The notes under the pieces: generated by a model
Told to the model about the DNA's origin: nothing
Seen by the model: the letters and a program-made list of their open reading frames with translations, nothing else
Databases searched by the model: none
Part shown: piece by piece, positions 14,501-27,980 of the stretch
Numbering within the stretch: position 1 is the first letter of the stretch
How the letters are laid out: each line of letters opens with the position of its first letter
NCBI RefSeq assembly: GCF_037042905.1
Contig: NC_087252.1
Location: forward strand, 9,798,001-9,862,000
Origin: Lytechinus pictus
Taxonomy: Eukaryota
Reading direction: 5' to 3'
DNA: 64,000 nt
Program-made: the position numbers and the translations under genes

Positions 14501-16065
14501 TTTTCAAAGTGCCCCCAATAAGTTCAGTCAACTTTAAAGAGGCTGAAACTCAAGGGATCTCTTTTTCGAATAAATACTAAGCGATACTGGGGAGACAAAA
14601 ATTTCTAATGAAAGGGTTAATTGACAGGCGTCCATTAAAGACCCATGCTAATTACGGCACACGAGTCATAATCAGGCCAAACAAAATGGGCGTTTTATGC
14701 TATTTTCAAAGTGCCCCCAATAAGTTCAGTCAACTTTAAAGAGGCTGAAACTCAAGGGATCCCTTTTTCGAATAAATACTAAGCGATACTGGGGAGACAA
14801 AAATTTCTAATGAAAGGGTTAATTGACAGGCGTCCATTAAAGACCCATGCTAATTACGGCACACGAGTCATAATCAGGCCAAACAAAATGGGCGTTTTAT
14901 GCTATTTTCAAAGTGCCCCCAATAAGTTCAGTCAACTTTAAAGAGGTTGAAACTCAAGGGATCCCTTTCTCGAATAAATACTAAGCGATACTGGGGAGAC
15001 AAAAATTTCTAATGAAAGGGTTAATTGACAGGCGTCCATTAAAGACCCATGCTAATTACGGCACACGAGTCATAATCAGGCCAAACAAAATGGGCGTTTT
15101 ATGCTATTTTCAAAGTGCCCCCAATAAGTTCAGTCAACTTTAAAGAGGCTGAAACTCAAGGGATCTCTTTTTCGAATAAATACTAAGCGATACTGGGGAG
15201 ACAAAAATTTCTAATGAAAGGGTTAATTGACAGGCGTCCATTAAAGACCCATGCTAATTACGGCACACGAGTCATAATCAGGCCAAACAAAATGGGCGTT
15301 TTATGCTATTTTCAAAGTGCCCCCAATAAGTTCAGTCAACTTTAAAGAGGCTGAAACTCAAGGGATCCCTTTTTCGAATAAATACTAAGCGATACTGGGG
15401 AGACAAAAATTTCTAATGAAAGGGTTAATTGACAGGCGTCCATTAAAGACCCATGCTAATTACGGCACACGAGTCATAATCAGGCCAAACAAAATGGGCG
15501 TTTTATGCTATTTTCAAAGTGCCCCCAATAAGTTCAGTCAACTTTAAAGAGGTTGAAACTCAAGGGATCCCTTTCTCGAATAAATACTAAGCGATACTGG
15601 GGAGACAAAAATTTCTAATGAAAGGGTTAATTGACAGGCGTCCATTAAAGACCCATGCTAATTACGGCACACGAGTCATAATCAGGCCAAACAAAATGGG
15701 CGTTTTATGCTATTTTCAAAGTGCCCCCAATAAGTTCAGTCAACTTTAAAGAGGCTGAAACTCAAGGGATCTCTTTTTCGAATAAATACTAAGCGATACT
15801 GGGGAGACAAAAATTTCTAATGAAAGGGTTAATTGACAGGCGTCCATTAAAGACCCATGCTAATTACGGCACACGAGTCATAATCAGGCCAAACAAAATG
15901 GGCGTTTTATGCTATTTTCAAAGTGCCCCCAATAAGTTCAGTCAACTTTAAAGAGGCTGAAACTCAAGGGATCCCTTTTTCGAATAAATACTAAGCGATA
16001 CTGGGGAGACAAAAATTTCTAATGAAAGGGTTATTGACAGGCGTCCATTAAAGACCCATGCTAAT
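2511..16065. repeat. 202-bp tandem satellite array, about 67 copies, 13.5 kb
   Basis: The unit start GGTTAATTGACAGGCGTCC recurs at 2511, 2697, 2899, 3101 ... 16029. 16029-2697 = 66 x 202 exactly. The first unit is 186 bp (16-bp deletion) and the last is partial. Confidence 0.99.
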
Positions 16066-16093
16066 AATTATCCAGTGTTGATTTTTCCAACCA

Positions 16094-16139
16094 TTACGTC
16101 ATTTTAGGTACGGGTCTAAAGGGGATTCCCGAAATTCCT
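16094..16139. promoter_or_regulatory. Candidate NF-kappaB site with adjacent CRE/ATF-like motif
   Basis: GGGGATTCCC at 16121-16130 matches the kappaB consensus GGGRNNYYCC. TTACGTCA lies at 16094-16101 and GAAATTCC follows the kappaB site. Motif match only. Confidence 0.3.
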
Positions 16140-19100
16140 GGATCCATCAGAGGCGTGCTTCCTATTACATATGAGGAGCGTACGTAGACGGCGGTATTCC
16201 ACAATGGAGCTACTACGGAAATTTCAATACCAGGAGCAAAATACCACAATCGTGTAAAAAACTAAAAAAGGGTATTTTGAATGGAAACGTGAACAATAAT
16301 ACCATTATGATAATGCAGGGGCGTGTCCGGATTTTTTTCACCCATAAGATTATTTTCCCCGATCTGCCACTCAAAGTTAATTTTGGTTTGTTTCTTTTAA
16401 GGTGTTGTCTTAACAGCGTAATGAGCCAAACATTTTGACGGGGCTCGATATTATAATATTGTAATTTTAATCACAAAATCAAAGTTTGTGATAGACTTTC
16501 ATGTAACATGAATTATAGGCCTATATTTTTTAATTATTCCTTTTCTTTTCTCCACATTTTCTTGGGGGGGGGGGGGGCAAAACGCCGATGTCATAAGAGT
16601 AATTTCTTAGCTTTGTTCTTAGAAAACAACTTTAAAAAAGTTGTAATAATCTCATAGCCCTATTTAAAAAGTGCGAGCACGAATTGTGAGCTAAATTTTT
16701 TTTAACTTCATGTATGTTGTTCTCAAAATTGAATATTCTGGGCAATGTTTGTGAACCTGAAGAACATGCGTATGTAGAAAGATAATTACTGTGAGCGCGA
16801 AGCGCAAGCAGACATTATTTAATATGGGTTCTGGCTTGATCGAAAAGGGACATGTGAAGGACGATTTGCAGTTAGTCATAAGACGATACATATTTCAACT
16901 TTTATTTAAAATTTTTTGACATTCTGACCTAAAAAATTGACATTCTAAGCACTTTTCGAAATAAACGGTAAATTAGGTAAATAACTAAAACAATTGATGT
17001 GACCGCGAAAAATTTGTGATTTCAGACCTAAAAAGGAGACACTTTCTTCATGTTTGTTAAATCATGAAAAGGGATGTGTACTTTGGTATCTTCGGGGGGG
17101 GGGGGGGGGGGGGTGGCTCGGGTCTCCTCGCCCCTTAGATCTGCCTATGAAAATTGTGCAACTATACGGGACAATTAAAGTAATGAGTTCACGTTACTTT
17201 ATTATTACTTATTAGTTTTATTGCAATTACAATCACAAGCATAATCACAATTTTTATCATGTCTTTGGTAAAATTAATGGAATGAAATCAGGTAGCAAAA
17301 ATTAGAAGGGGTGGTAATTGGGCCTTCCATTATTCATATAATTTTCCTGGGTAGGTCCAATTAATTCGTATTACATACACATTTCAATAGCACATTCGAT
17401 TCTTTACATTTTTTAAAACTTTTCTTATCTACCAAATAACAGTCAAAGACAATTCTGCTTATCCGCATTTACATATTTATCAGTATTATAAGGGTTGAGA
17501 TTTAACACATTTCCCCATTGACGGCATATTAAATGCTAACAGCCTCAGTTTTACACTAAAATTAATAATCTAACTACGATGCTTTCATCAAAGTATGCAA
17601 AGATTAAACTACTTTTTTGTGAATTCTATAAACAAATCAATCTTAAATCATGAAGAGTTCCCAAGAGCTAGGCATCCACTCATTGCTTCTTCTTTCACGG
17701 CAAAATGTTTCTTCTTCCTGACGGTATTTCGCCGACAAGCCATGTTCGGTTGTTCGGATGGATGTTTGAATCTGTAATGAAACAAACAAAAAGATAGCAA
17801 ATATCAATATTGATATTTTAACAGTTACCAAATAACTTAACAACTCTGAACGACGAAAAAAATCATCTGAATAAGGGTTAAGAGACAACAAGGGTCTGCG
17901 AAAGAGAGACTACATGTTACTAGGACGGGAAATCGCCGTGTGTTCACATAGGCGGAAATTGGACAATCTGTGATATCGCGATATCAAAGTGTCCGCTGAG
18001 TCTGTCCGCTCGCTTCAGGTTGGTTGAAAAACTCCTCGAAACAGACGGCTGCCAGCTGTCTAATTTTTTGCATGCCACTTGCCAGGCCAAGATACAATCG
18101 GATAAACAATAAGTTATATAATCACACTCATCCGTATAATCAGAGTTTTGAATCAATACTACCTTAGGTAATTAAGTCATAATCACTTTGAAACTTACAA
18201 AAAACATCTTCTGGTAGCCATGATAATGAAGACAATATTGAAATCAATCTTCGGTCACGTCTTCTTTGTTGGGCATGCATATCGCCTGGGAAGTTTGTTT
18301 TTGTTTAGTTTGCAACGTAGAGGGCGTACATTTTTTCCTGGTACGTTAGTATTCGTGTCTACCACTGAACTAGAGATACGTATTTTTAGTTCAGTGGTGT
18401 CTACCGAGGTTCTTGTCCAAGCTCGTAGTCACTCGTGCAACACTCTTGCAAGAAACCTACGATCAATTGCAAGTCTATTTTTGGTCCCTAAATCAATGAT
18501 ATGTCTTGCAATCAATTGCAAATTTGCATTTGATTACTAATCTGCTCCTCGAAACAAAGAGTGTAATCTGATTTGCTAGAGCAAAAATCGCGATCAGTTG
18601 TAAAATGGCAACAGAATATTTGCGATTAATTGCAAATATTTTCTTGTTGCCGCACCCCCCGCGGGGGGGGGGGGGGGGGTGATAGGGGGCACTTAGTAAA
18701 TGTATGGCGTGTATTTTCCGCGGTTGAGACTCCCATAATTTTCAGCCTAAATCTCCGTACCAGCTAGAGCATCGAACTCAAAAAGACGGAAAGCTTTATT
18801 TTTTCCCCGTTTCGGAGACCCGACCTTGATTTTGTGGTTTCCTGTTCCAGTGCATGAGCGCTCATTTATAATTAACGGTACTCCGGACTGAAATTATTTA
18901 GGGATGATTAAATTGAGTAAAATTCTTAAAGCAAAGTGCTGAAAATTTCATTAAAATCTGATAACAAATTACAAAGTTATCAAATTTGATTAGCAATATT
19001 TAGCAAAATGCTCGCCATCATGAATAGTCATCAGAATATATAATGGTGGGCTGATCTGGGACCCGTAACACAAAGCGTAGCAATGATCGTAGAATATTTT

Positions 19101-19296
19101 TCTATGCATTGACTACAATGCACAATCAATCGTGAAAATCATGTGTACAATCATTCGCTAACCTTTATCGACGGGACCCATGTCCCAAGTTCAACCCCAT
19201 GCACTTTCCTTTTTGTTTTATTACATATTGTTTCATTATTTCATACATCATTTACATTGTGTGAATAATAATTATGCCTAGATCCCTTGTAATGAT

Positions 19297-19830
19297 CCCA
19301 GGGGGGGGGGGGCACTTCCATTGACGAGTGGATACCATGTGCGACCACGGGGTCATGAAAAGCACCCGTATTTTCCAAATTCTGAAAATGCACCCCTTAA
19401 CAAGTATTGGCGTGTGAAACTCTACCCTTAACAAGTATTTGGAACAAATACTATTGGCAAGTATTCCCAGAACTGAGCCCCTAAACAAGTACAACGATGC
19501 ATTTTTCCATATTCTGAAAAGGCACCCCTTAACAGATATTGGAAACAAAACGATACGGGGCAAAAAGGACATCCTTTTATGATTTTTTTTTAATCATTTA
19601 TAAAACATTTTGATTTTGTTTTATCATCCCCGAATATTTGACCCTAAACACGTATATTTTTCAGAGCGAAATAAATACCCTTTTTCAATATTTTTGTGCT
19701 TTTGACACCCTTATCACGTTACGTACGTAACGTGCCCTATCTTGAAAAAGACATCCTTTTTACGTGTTTTTTTGTTTTTGGTCGCGCATGGTATCTACTC
19801 GTCAATGTAAGTGACCCCCCCCCCCCCGGG
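19297..19830. mobile_element. MITE with G-tract termini
   Basis: CCCAG(n)CACTTCCATTGACGAGTGGATACCATG is inverted to CATGGTATCTACTCGTCAATGTAAGTGAC(n)GGG. Internal perfect palindrome CACGTTACGTACGTAACGTG at 19715-19734. Confidence 0.85.
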
Positions 19831-21066
19831 TAATAAATATGAGTTGCAGAAATGAATATCTAATGCACTAAACAGTAGTTAATCCATTTTTTCCAGTTCT
19901 TGGAGGGAAAAATGTGAACAAACCTATAAATTTCATATAATATACAAAATAACAGGTGGGGACATGACACCATCAATTTGCTTTATGCCTGCCAATAGAA
20001 CTGTGTCACCAGAATAACGCAAAACTTTAAAATGTCATAACTTTGTTATATTCCTTGTCCGATTTTGATCAAATTTTCAAGGTTTTGTTTGTATGGTTTT
20101 TCTCTATCAGTTCAAATAGTATTACCTCCAGCCTGGAGCAACCCCTATTAATAGACCACTCGGATAGGGCACATCCACTTCCTTTCTTCAACATGTTTCT
20201 ATTAAGGATTTCATTCAAATAAAATCAAGATAAATACAACAAAATTCACAAATCTTCATTTTACACAAGAAAATGAAGAGTTTGGTTGCAGAAGGGGTCA
20301 GATCCATTTGGACCATTCCGACAAAAATCATAATTTTTATTTTCCCATATTGCAATATTCTTATAAATTGTCATGATATGTACTACCCTATCTTCTTCTT
20401 CTTTTTCTTTTGATGGAGAACTGCGGGATCCAGTGGATACGCAGAAGAAGTGGTTTGATAACAATGTAGAGACAAAAGATCAAGGCTCAGGGGGGGGGGG
20501 AGGGTGGAATAAAGTGTATCACAAGACTGTCTAGTTGTTGTTCACCAACAAAAAACGTTTGACATGAAGCTCACAATGCAAGAAATGAAGCCGAGAGAGC
20601 AGTAATGAAGTTGGGGAGCTGAAGCAATATGTATACTATAGTTGCATTAGGGTCCAATCCAAGAAGTAGGGCCTACAACGTTGTTTACAAACGCTGATAG
20701 AAGGGTGTTTCAATTAGACTTTTTACTTTAACCCTTAATTTTGCACTTTTCATCTTTCTCCATTTCATTTCCCCTCTTTATTACTTCTCTGTTGTCCTTT
20801 CTTGAAAGGGAGAGGGGGGGGGGGGTGGGAGTTCCCATGTGAATCACCACCCTGGAAACAGCACTCTTTACAATCATGCATGATATCTAATGATAATATC
20901 GTGTATTTCGATGTTCCATAAGTATGATTATTAGTAATAAGGACACATGGGATTATTGGAAAAGAGATTATTTGAATGTCACGGGCAGAATAAATTAAAA
21001 AGTTGTGAGGTATTTGCGGAGATAAAAGACTGAAAACTGTTCCTTATTTATTTCATTTTTTTTTAG

Positions 21067-21159
21067 GTCAGTCGGGAAATGTATAGCACCACTGTCCAGA
21101 GCCATGTGCCAACTAATGAAGCCAAAGATGACGCCATTTGGTTCGAGGAAAATAGCCGG
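21067..21159 (+). other. Possible 5' UTR exon of the NLR gene
   Basis: Poly-T tract plus AG at 21065-66 and donor CGG|GTAATA. Its ATG (21079) is out of frame with the NLR ORF when spliced to 22741, so it would act as a uORF. Confidence 0.3.
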
Positions 21160-23375
21160 GTAATAAAAAGAAAAGATTTATGTTTAGAATTCAGCACTGA
21201 TCTCGGTTTTGATTTTTTCTCAGGGCTAAACTATATATATCCAGAAAATGATAGGAAATTGAATAGACATGCAATTTATGTAAAACAGGTCGCCAGGGCA
21301 TGTGTACATTATGTATGCAATGTATCATACATGAACAATTGTTTATTATATTGCACTTGCACTTTAAACTCTCGTGAATCCAGATTATCAGCATTTATTT
21401 GGCAATGATTAACTCAATATACGATTAAAGTTCCTTATCCAGTCGAGTTCAACCAAACCCGTTATAAAGACATTTGTGTCAGTCCTTCATTTTCTCTCTG
21501 TCATTAGGCCTAACGTGCAAACACACCTAGACACGCCTTGAGACAATCATTCTACATGCATTTGAGGCGCCCGTTTCGTCAAGTAACACTTGGTGATTAA
21601 CATAAATAACTTCAAAAGTTTTGGAAAGGTTGTGCATATATCGTGATTCTTATGAAGATAAGGTAAGATCTTCTTGTGATTATAGCACTCACATTTTCTT
21701 TACGATATGGAGACAAAAAGAAATATCTATCTTTGGCTATTGATATCAATTCCATGAATATTTCATATGTTGATGATAGACCCTTCATATTGTAAACAAG
21801 AGCTATTCTTAATGTTTGTAATGTAGCGTTTCAGGCACATACAAATCTGTTTTTGAGAAACAAAATCTTCAAAATCGAAGACTTGTAATCATGTAATCAT
21901 GGTAATAGCTTGCTAATAAGCATTACCATTGTTGTATTTTAATGAATGGGTCGTCAAAAAGGGGGAAATCATTTTCTAAGGGTTTCTCTCCCCAGTTACT
22001 TCCATTTACCTTCGAAAATAATATTGTTTGCGAAATATACTTTAGCTTATAATTGTTCATCGTTTTATGATTCATTTTATGTTCTTATCAAATGGGTCTT
22101 CACCCTGCCTGCTCTATTTTTAAGGAGACGTATCCCCTTCCCTTTCGATTTTAATGCTGTATTAAGCACCTTGTGCATCCAGTTTGTTGTAATATGTAAA
22201 TTTTGAAATCATTATAAAGGGGAAGTTCACCTAGACGACAGGTCGGTTTGATAAACGAAGAAAAGTGAGAGAAAAATATTGATGGAGGCTTGAATAAAAT
22301 CCATCAAATTTATTTGTGTTGTCATATGCGTCCAGCTTACCCAAGTATCAATATGAAATCCATTTTGATTGAATGTCATTAATAAAATAAATTGTTTGTT
22401 CTTTATTATTTTTTTTTCCAAGAAGGAGTTTTATCAATCATTTATCAATTTTTTTTTAATAGTTTGGACATACCAAGTCCCCATTATATCTATATGTTTA
22501 ATTTGTATTGATGTTTTATGTGCACGACCTATATGGTATTGGACCCTCGGCAGAACAACTGTAATGGCTCAGCTGAGTAGGGCAATCCATCCAATCTTAT
22601 TTTATCATGCATTATATTATATTGTAATCTTATATGTATTGTTTTTATATTGGTAAATAAAATAAAATAAAATAAACAAAACAATAACTTTTCTATTTGT
22701 ATCATGTATTTGCTTTGGTGTGATTATTTTCTTCGTGCAGTGGGCGAATCGAGTCTGTCGGATGAGAGGCGCCAGGCCTACATATCTTACATCATGAATG
22801 GAGCCGAAGCTACCCCTGATGGGCTGGACAGGTAAAATTGTAGACCGAATAAATGAGCTAGTTCGGGGAGTAAAAGTTAGAGGAGTAGGCCATCAAATCC
22901 TTGACCAATTTGGAAGGAAGAAAGAAAGAGATGGAGAGATAGAGAGAGAGGGAGAGAGAGATGGGATTAGACACTTAAGAGTAATAACGTATTGTTTAAA
23001 AGGTTTGACATTTTGAAAGGGGACCTTTGTGAACAGGGTAAATTCAACAACAACAAAATCATTATGGTTGCTGGAACAAAAAAAAGGAGAACAATATACT
23101 AGACTAAAAACATTTTGTTAAGAAGTTATGGCATTATGAATTATGAGGGGAACCCTGTATGAATACCCACCAATTATACACATTGATGGTTCGAAAAAAA
23201 TAGCGAAGCGCCATGTGATATGACAGTTGAGATTTTTCTACTTCTTTGAGATCGTCCGTCGCTTAGATCGAATGACGCAACTAGAAGCCAGACGGCTATA
23301 AGTTGCTTGCTTTTTTTAGTGATGATAATGTGTCTGACACCGATTATTTAAGATGAATAGTAAAGAGAATATTGG

Positions 23376-23418
<43 letters not shown>

Positions 23419-23789
23419 GGGGGGGCAACACCCCCGGAGTTAAGCTGCATGTTCATGTATATGCTCATTGCTCAATAAGCGGGTCACTATTCATAATATG
23501 AATACAAAGTTTCATTTTTGTTTGTCTATTTGTTTTTCGTACGATTAACAATAGGCCTAAATTACGTAATTGTAATACAAAATAATATTAGTAAGACACA
23601 CTGCAATTAGGACTGAATTCCTTTGAAACTAATGAATGTATCATGATTCCGTATCAACCATTTCCAAATGTTCTGAAACTTTTCCCTCCGTTCTTTTTGT
23701 GTACAATAAACAAATATGCCACTAAATATGCATTTTCCCTCCATTCTTTTCGTTTACAACAAATAACTTATACCTGCCTCTTTATACAG

Positions 23790-24073
23790 TGTGGTCAGTG
23801 ACAAGGAATACTTGAAGCTATCAAAACGAATAGGTCCTGATTACTTCAGCGAATTAGGTGTTAATCTTGGGTTACCAAGTGAAGAGCTTCTACAAATCGA
23901 GCACAGGACCCCTAGTATCAGTAATGCATTTTTCAAAGTTTTCTTGCGGTGGAAAAACAAACAGCAGCCAGGCACAAATATCAGGGCTCTACTTGGAGAG
24001 ATATTGGATGAAACCGAATTAGGGTCTCTCTCTGGAGACCTAAAAGCCGGAAATATACTCCAAAGCAAAGAAG
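23790..24073 (+). CDS. NLR exon encoding a DEATH-fold domain
   Basis: VSDKEYLKLSKRIGPDYFSELGVNLGLPSEELLQIE...FKVFLRWKNK...LLGEILDETELG has the typical death-domain pattern. Acceptor TATACAG, donor G|GTAAGG. Confidence 0.85.
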
Positions 24074-25497
24074 GTAAGGTTTTAAAAATTCCCTAAAAAG
24101 ATGTAAAAGAACAAAACATCGAAAAATATTATCTTTCATCATATCTCTCATTCAAAAATGTAACTAAGATTCTAAATAGTATGATTCAAAGATTCTAAAT
24201 GAGTGATCTCCGTTGACCAATGGATGGGTACTAATTGTGTTCGATAAATATTTATATGTAAATATTATATAAATTAGATAAATATTACATGTACTTCTTA
24301 ACACGGTAAAACATTGTTTATAATGATAAACTATACCATTATTTCCTAGGAAACTGACACACATTTATTTCTTTGACATCTTTGGCGGAAAAAGGGTTAG
24401 CTGAGTGCTAAACAGATCTACGCATAGACTCTTCCTTTGCAACTAATCGTTCCGATTACAATTAATATAAAGAGGAATGTTTATAAAATATCTCGTTACT
24501 AAAGCTGAGCAAAAATAACACCCTTCGACAGTACAAAAAATATGAAAGTAACGTTACACATTTTCTTTAAACTTTAAAAGGTTAAAACAAAAATGAATGA
24601 ATTATAGAATGAAATGAAAAAAAAAATCCTGACTGAGTCATTTTTCTGAACAATTACATGTACTACACGTATGGTATGAAGATGAGAGAGCGAATGACAT
24701 CATTTACTATTTCTTTCTATTACATGAAATAAATATATTTATTTTTGTAGATTTGGCGATAAAGAAGATTTAAATCGAGTCTCAAACAATTTAAGATCTT
24801 GCGGTTCAACAGATTCACGGAGGGAATTAACGATGATGAAAATGCTAATAAAATAGGAAATGGATGACATATTATTTCGTCACATATAACACAATTTTTC
24901 TGAAATCAAGCCAATCTTTAAAGTCACATACATCCATTTTCACATCCAGTTGCTGCATGCTATTTGATAAAATCTTTTTTTTTGTAATTCGAATTAATTC
25001 GATGTTGGTATGGATTTTGCATTTTACTCGCGGAACATTCTTCTTTTATATCTATATCTGTGAATATGAAACATTCAGTCGTCATTTTTTTTCTTATTCA
25101 CTTCGTAGGTTCATCTGCTACAACAACAGCACTACAAACCCAACCGCTTTCTTCTCACCTTGAAAAGAGCTGCATAGGTGAATATAAATATGATATTATT
25201 TTAAATTTTACCGTAACTGCAAATACTTTGCACAGTTCCAATGAAAAAAAAAAGAATGAAAATATGTTATTCAACGTAGGATTTAGTGATCTCTGAGAAA
25301 GAGTCCTTTATTATTTCGACAATACATTCATATGCATTGTGGGTCAATAACATTTTTTTTATAATTATGATAACTATTTACCTGATCATGCTAATGGTAA
25401 CTGTGTGCCTATTGAATATGACTGTGTGATTTGAAGAATTAAAAAAGCACAGAAACCATGGTAGAATAATAGTTCTTATGCATTTAATTTTGTGCAG

Positions 25498-27180
25498 ATG
25501 TATCAGGGACAGAGCCACTTTCTCAGGATCTTATCAAGATGTGCAGGGATGATTTCCAGAGTAAATACCGAACAGATCTGTGTATGATACGATCTGATCC
25601 ACTCGACCCTGATTCCGTTGAGCAAATCAAAGATATATACATAAACCTTGACCTGGAAGAGGAGAAGAAAAAGAAGAATACGCCACTTGAATACAAGAAT
25701 CTCTTCAAAATCAGAATCAATGGAGAATTTCCAACCCGAATCATGCTTCAGGGAGAAGCTGGAGCAGGGAAGACAACACTTTGTGCCAAGATCGCATGGG
25801 ACTGGATAAATGGCTGTCCAGATGTTCCCAACTATGTGTGGGTGCTTGTTGTTCCTTTCCGTGAGGCAAGATAAAATAGAATCGGTCGGTTTGTCAAGTC
25901 TTATCTTTCAAAGGACAATCCGACAACAGCCAGCCAGATCACAGAGTACATCCGATCAAATCCAGAAAATGTATTAATCGCATGTGATGGATTAGATGAG
26001 TCTCACATCGAAGTTGTACAGAAGCGTACAATTGCTTCAGAATCAGTAAGCACCCTGCAGGCAGCGTCTGCTGGTCAATCCAAGGAAAAAGCTGAATCAC
26101 TAATGAAGAAGCAGAGAGGCGACATCGCGCTTGTGGACATCCTCCGCTCAGATGAGCTTAGCAGATGTCCTGTGTTGGTCACAAGTCGACCCTGGAAGGC
26201 CAACGAAATAAGATGGAACAGTGTTTTAAGGAAACGCTACACTTTCATTCGCGTGCAAGGATTTAGCTGGGAAAATGCAGAAGCTTATGTCCGCAAGTAC
26301 TTTACAGACAGTGTGGCGACAGCCGATCAACTCATCTACGCGATCAAAGGAAATGGCATCGTATATGAGCATATGGCCCCATATCCTATCTACATATCAA
26401 TGATCTGTCTGATGTGGAAAGAACTAGATTACAAGCAGAAGAACAGGTTTAGGTCATTGCGAACATTTTCTGAAATATTCGATTGTATTTTTACATTCTT
26501 AGAAGGACACTATGCTCAGAAAGAGACCACAGACCTAGACGAAGCATCCGTCGAAACAGCTCTCTCCGATATCTCAGAGTATATGAAACCAATTGCTAAA
26601 GTTGCTTTAATTGGTCTCCAGGAAAAAAATCTCATTTTCAGTGAAGGTGATTTTGAAAGGTATTCAGAGTCTGTTGAGGTTGCTTGCAAAGTTGGGGGTC
26701 TTGTCGCGAGAGAAAAAGATGACATCCATCATGTCCGTACATGAAAATCGCAGCCGATATCTGCAGTCAAAAATCTTCTTCCCTCACAAACTCTTTCAAG
26801 AGTATATGGCTGGTAAACATCTTGCTTCGATGTATGGCAGTGATGGCGATGAATTCAACAAGCTGATTGATGACGTAGTGCTTCCTAGGAAAGAAGAATT
26901 CAGATATCTTCTGTACTTCACTGTATCACGGGATGAAACTGTTGCCAACCGTGTAATACAACGTATGGTACTTTGTTTCAAACCAGACTTTAGTGATGAG
27001 ACACGTATGACGAATAGGAGGGAGAGGGACTTCCTGGTAGATGTTTCCCTTGAGAGTCGAGATCTGGAAACTGCAAAAATGGTGAGGCGTATGGAGTTGA
27101 ATAGTGAAGTCCACATTGGTCTCGAAACAGCAGCGCACACTGTAGCAGGCTTTGAATTTATTGGAATGATTTCAAATGCT
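25498..27180 (+). pseudogene. NLR NACHT exon with nonsense codon and frameshift
   Basis: Walker A GEAGAGKTT, Walker B VLIACDGLDE (read through the TAA in the same frame), sensor VLVTSRP, and winged-helix FFPHKLFQEYMAG (after the frameshift). Acceptor GTGCAG, donor GCT|GTAAGT. Confidence 0.93.
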
Positions 27181-27512
27181 GTAAGTTATTTCATACATAT
27201 AATGGGGAACTTGATTAATTTAAGATAATGAGGACGTATGAATGCCAGATAGAAGAAGCCACTTATTCATTATTTCTTTTTATTCATTTGCTTTATATAT
27301 ATTTCCTTATTTTTTCTTTCTGTATTCATAGTTCATTTATTATATATTTTTTTTGCTTATTCATTTATTTTTATTTTTTTGACTTCGTTTGAAACAGGGA
27401 ATGGTCCTTCTAGGTCTCACCATGGACAATGACAACCATTTCGTCGTGTGGTTGTCATACGAAGATGATTTCTTGGTCTTTTTGTTGCCTAAAAACTAAA
27501 AGGTCGTTAAAT

Positions 27513-27980
27513 CCAAGGGGGCGGGGGGTGCAATTCAATCGAAGATTGGACACCATGCGTGACAATGGGGTTTCGAGAAGCACCCTTAACACGTATTTTT
27601 CCATGTTTTGAAAATGCACCCTTATCAAGTATTGGCGTGTGAAATCCTAGCCTTAACAAGTATTGAGAACAAAACGGTACCATTGACAATTATTCCCTGA
27701 ATTGACCCCTTGAATAAGTACAACGATATCTTTATTGTTATGTCACGGACGTCGGCTTTTATTTTCTTCATTGGGTTAGTACCACCCCCACTCACATCTC
27801 TCGAATCGGACCCTTAACACGTAATGTTGGTGTACAGAAGTACCTTCTTATATAAAGTATCTTTTACCCTCGCAAATTGGACCATAAATACGTAGTTTTC
27901 CTAGCGAAATATAAACCTCTTTTCTTCATTATTTTAGTGTTCTAACACCCTTATTTACGTTACGTACGTAACGTGCCCTG
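27513..27980 (+). mobile_element. Diverged, 3'-truncated copy of the MITE at 19297
   Basis: Shares CACCCTTAACACGTATTTTTCC...AAGTATTGGCGTGTGAAA and the TTACGTACGTAACGTGCCCT palindrome. Confidence 0.75.

Noticed and set aside
2511..16065. Array as a CRISPR, rDNA, snRNA or histone repeat
   Set aside because: No unique spacers, no long ORF, and no recognisable RNA gene or pol III boxes in the 202-bp unit.
16565..17113. Poly-G tracts as G-quadruplex regulators
   Set aside because: Such tracts occur throughout the window, mostly at repeat ends, with no locus-specific signal.
17643..17891. Minus-strand ORF with an acceptor-like TTACAG
   Set aside because: No domain and no partner exons found.
21079..21408. 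ORF as the NLR N-terminus
   Set aside because: Its phase-0 donor gives a stop when joined to 22741. The ATG at 22794 splices in frame to the DEATH exon.
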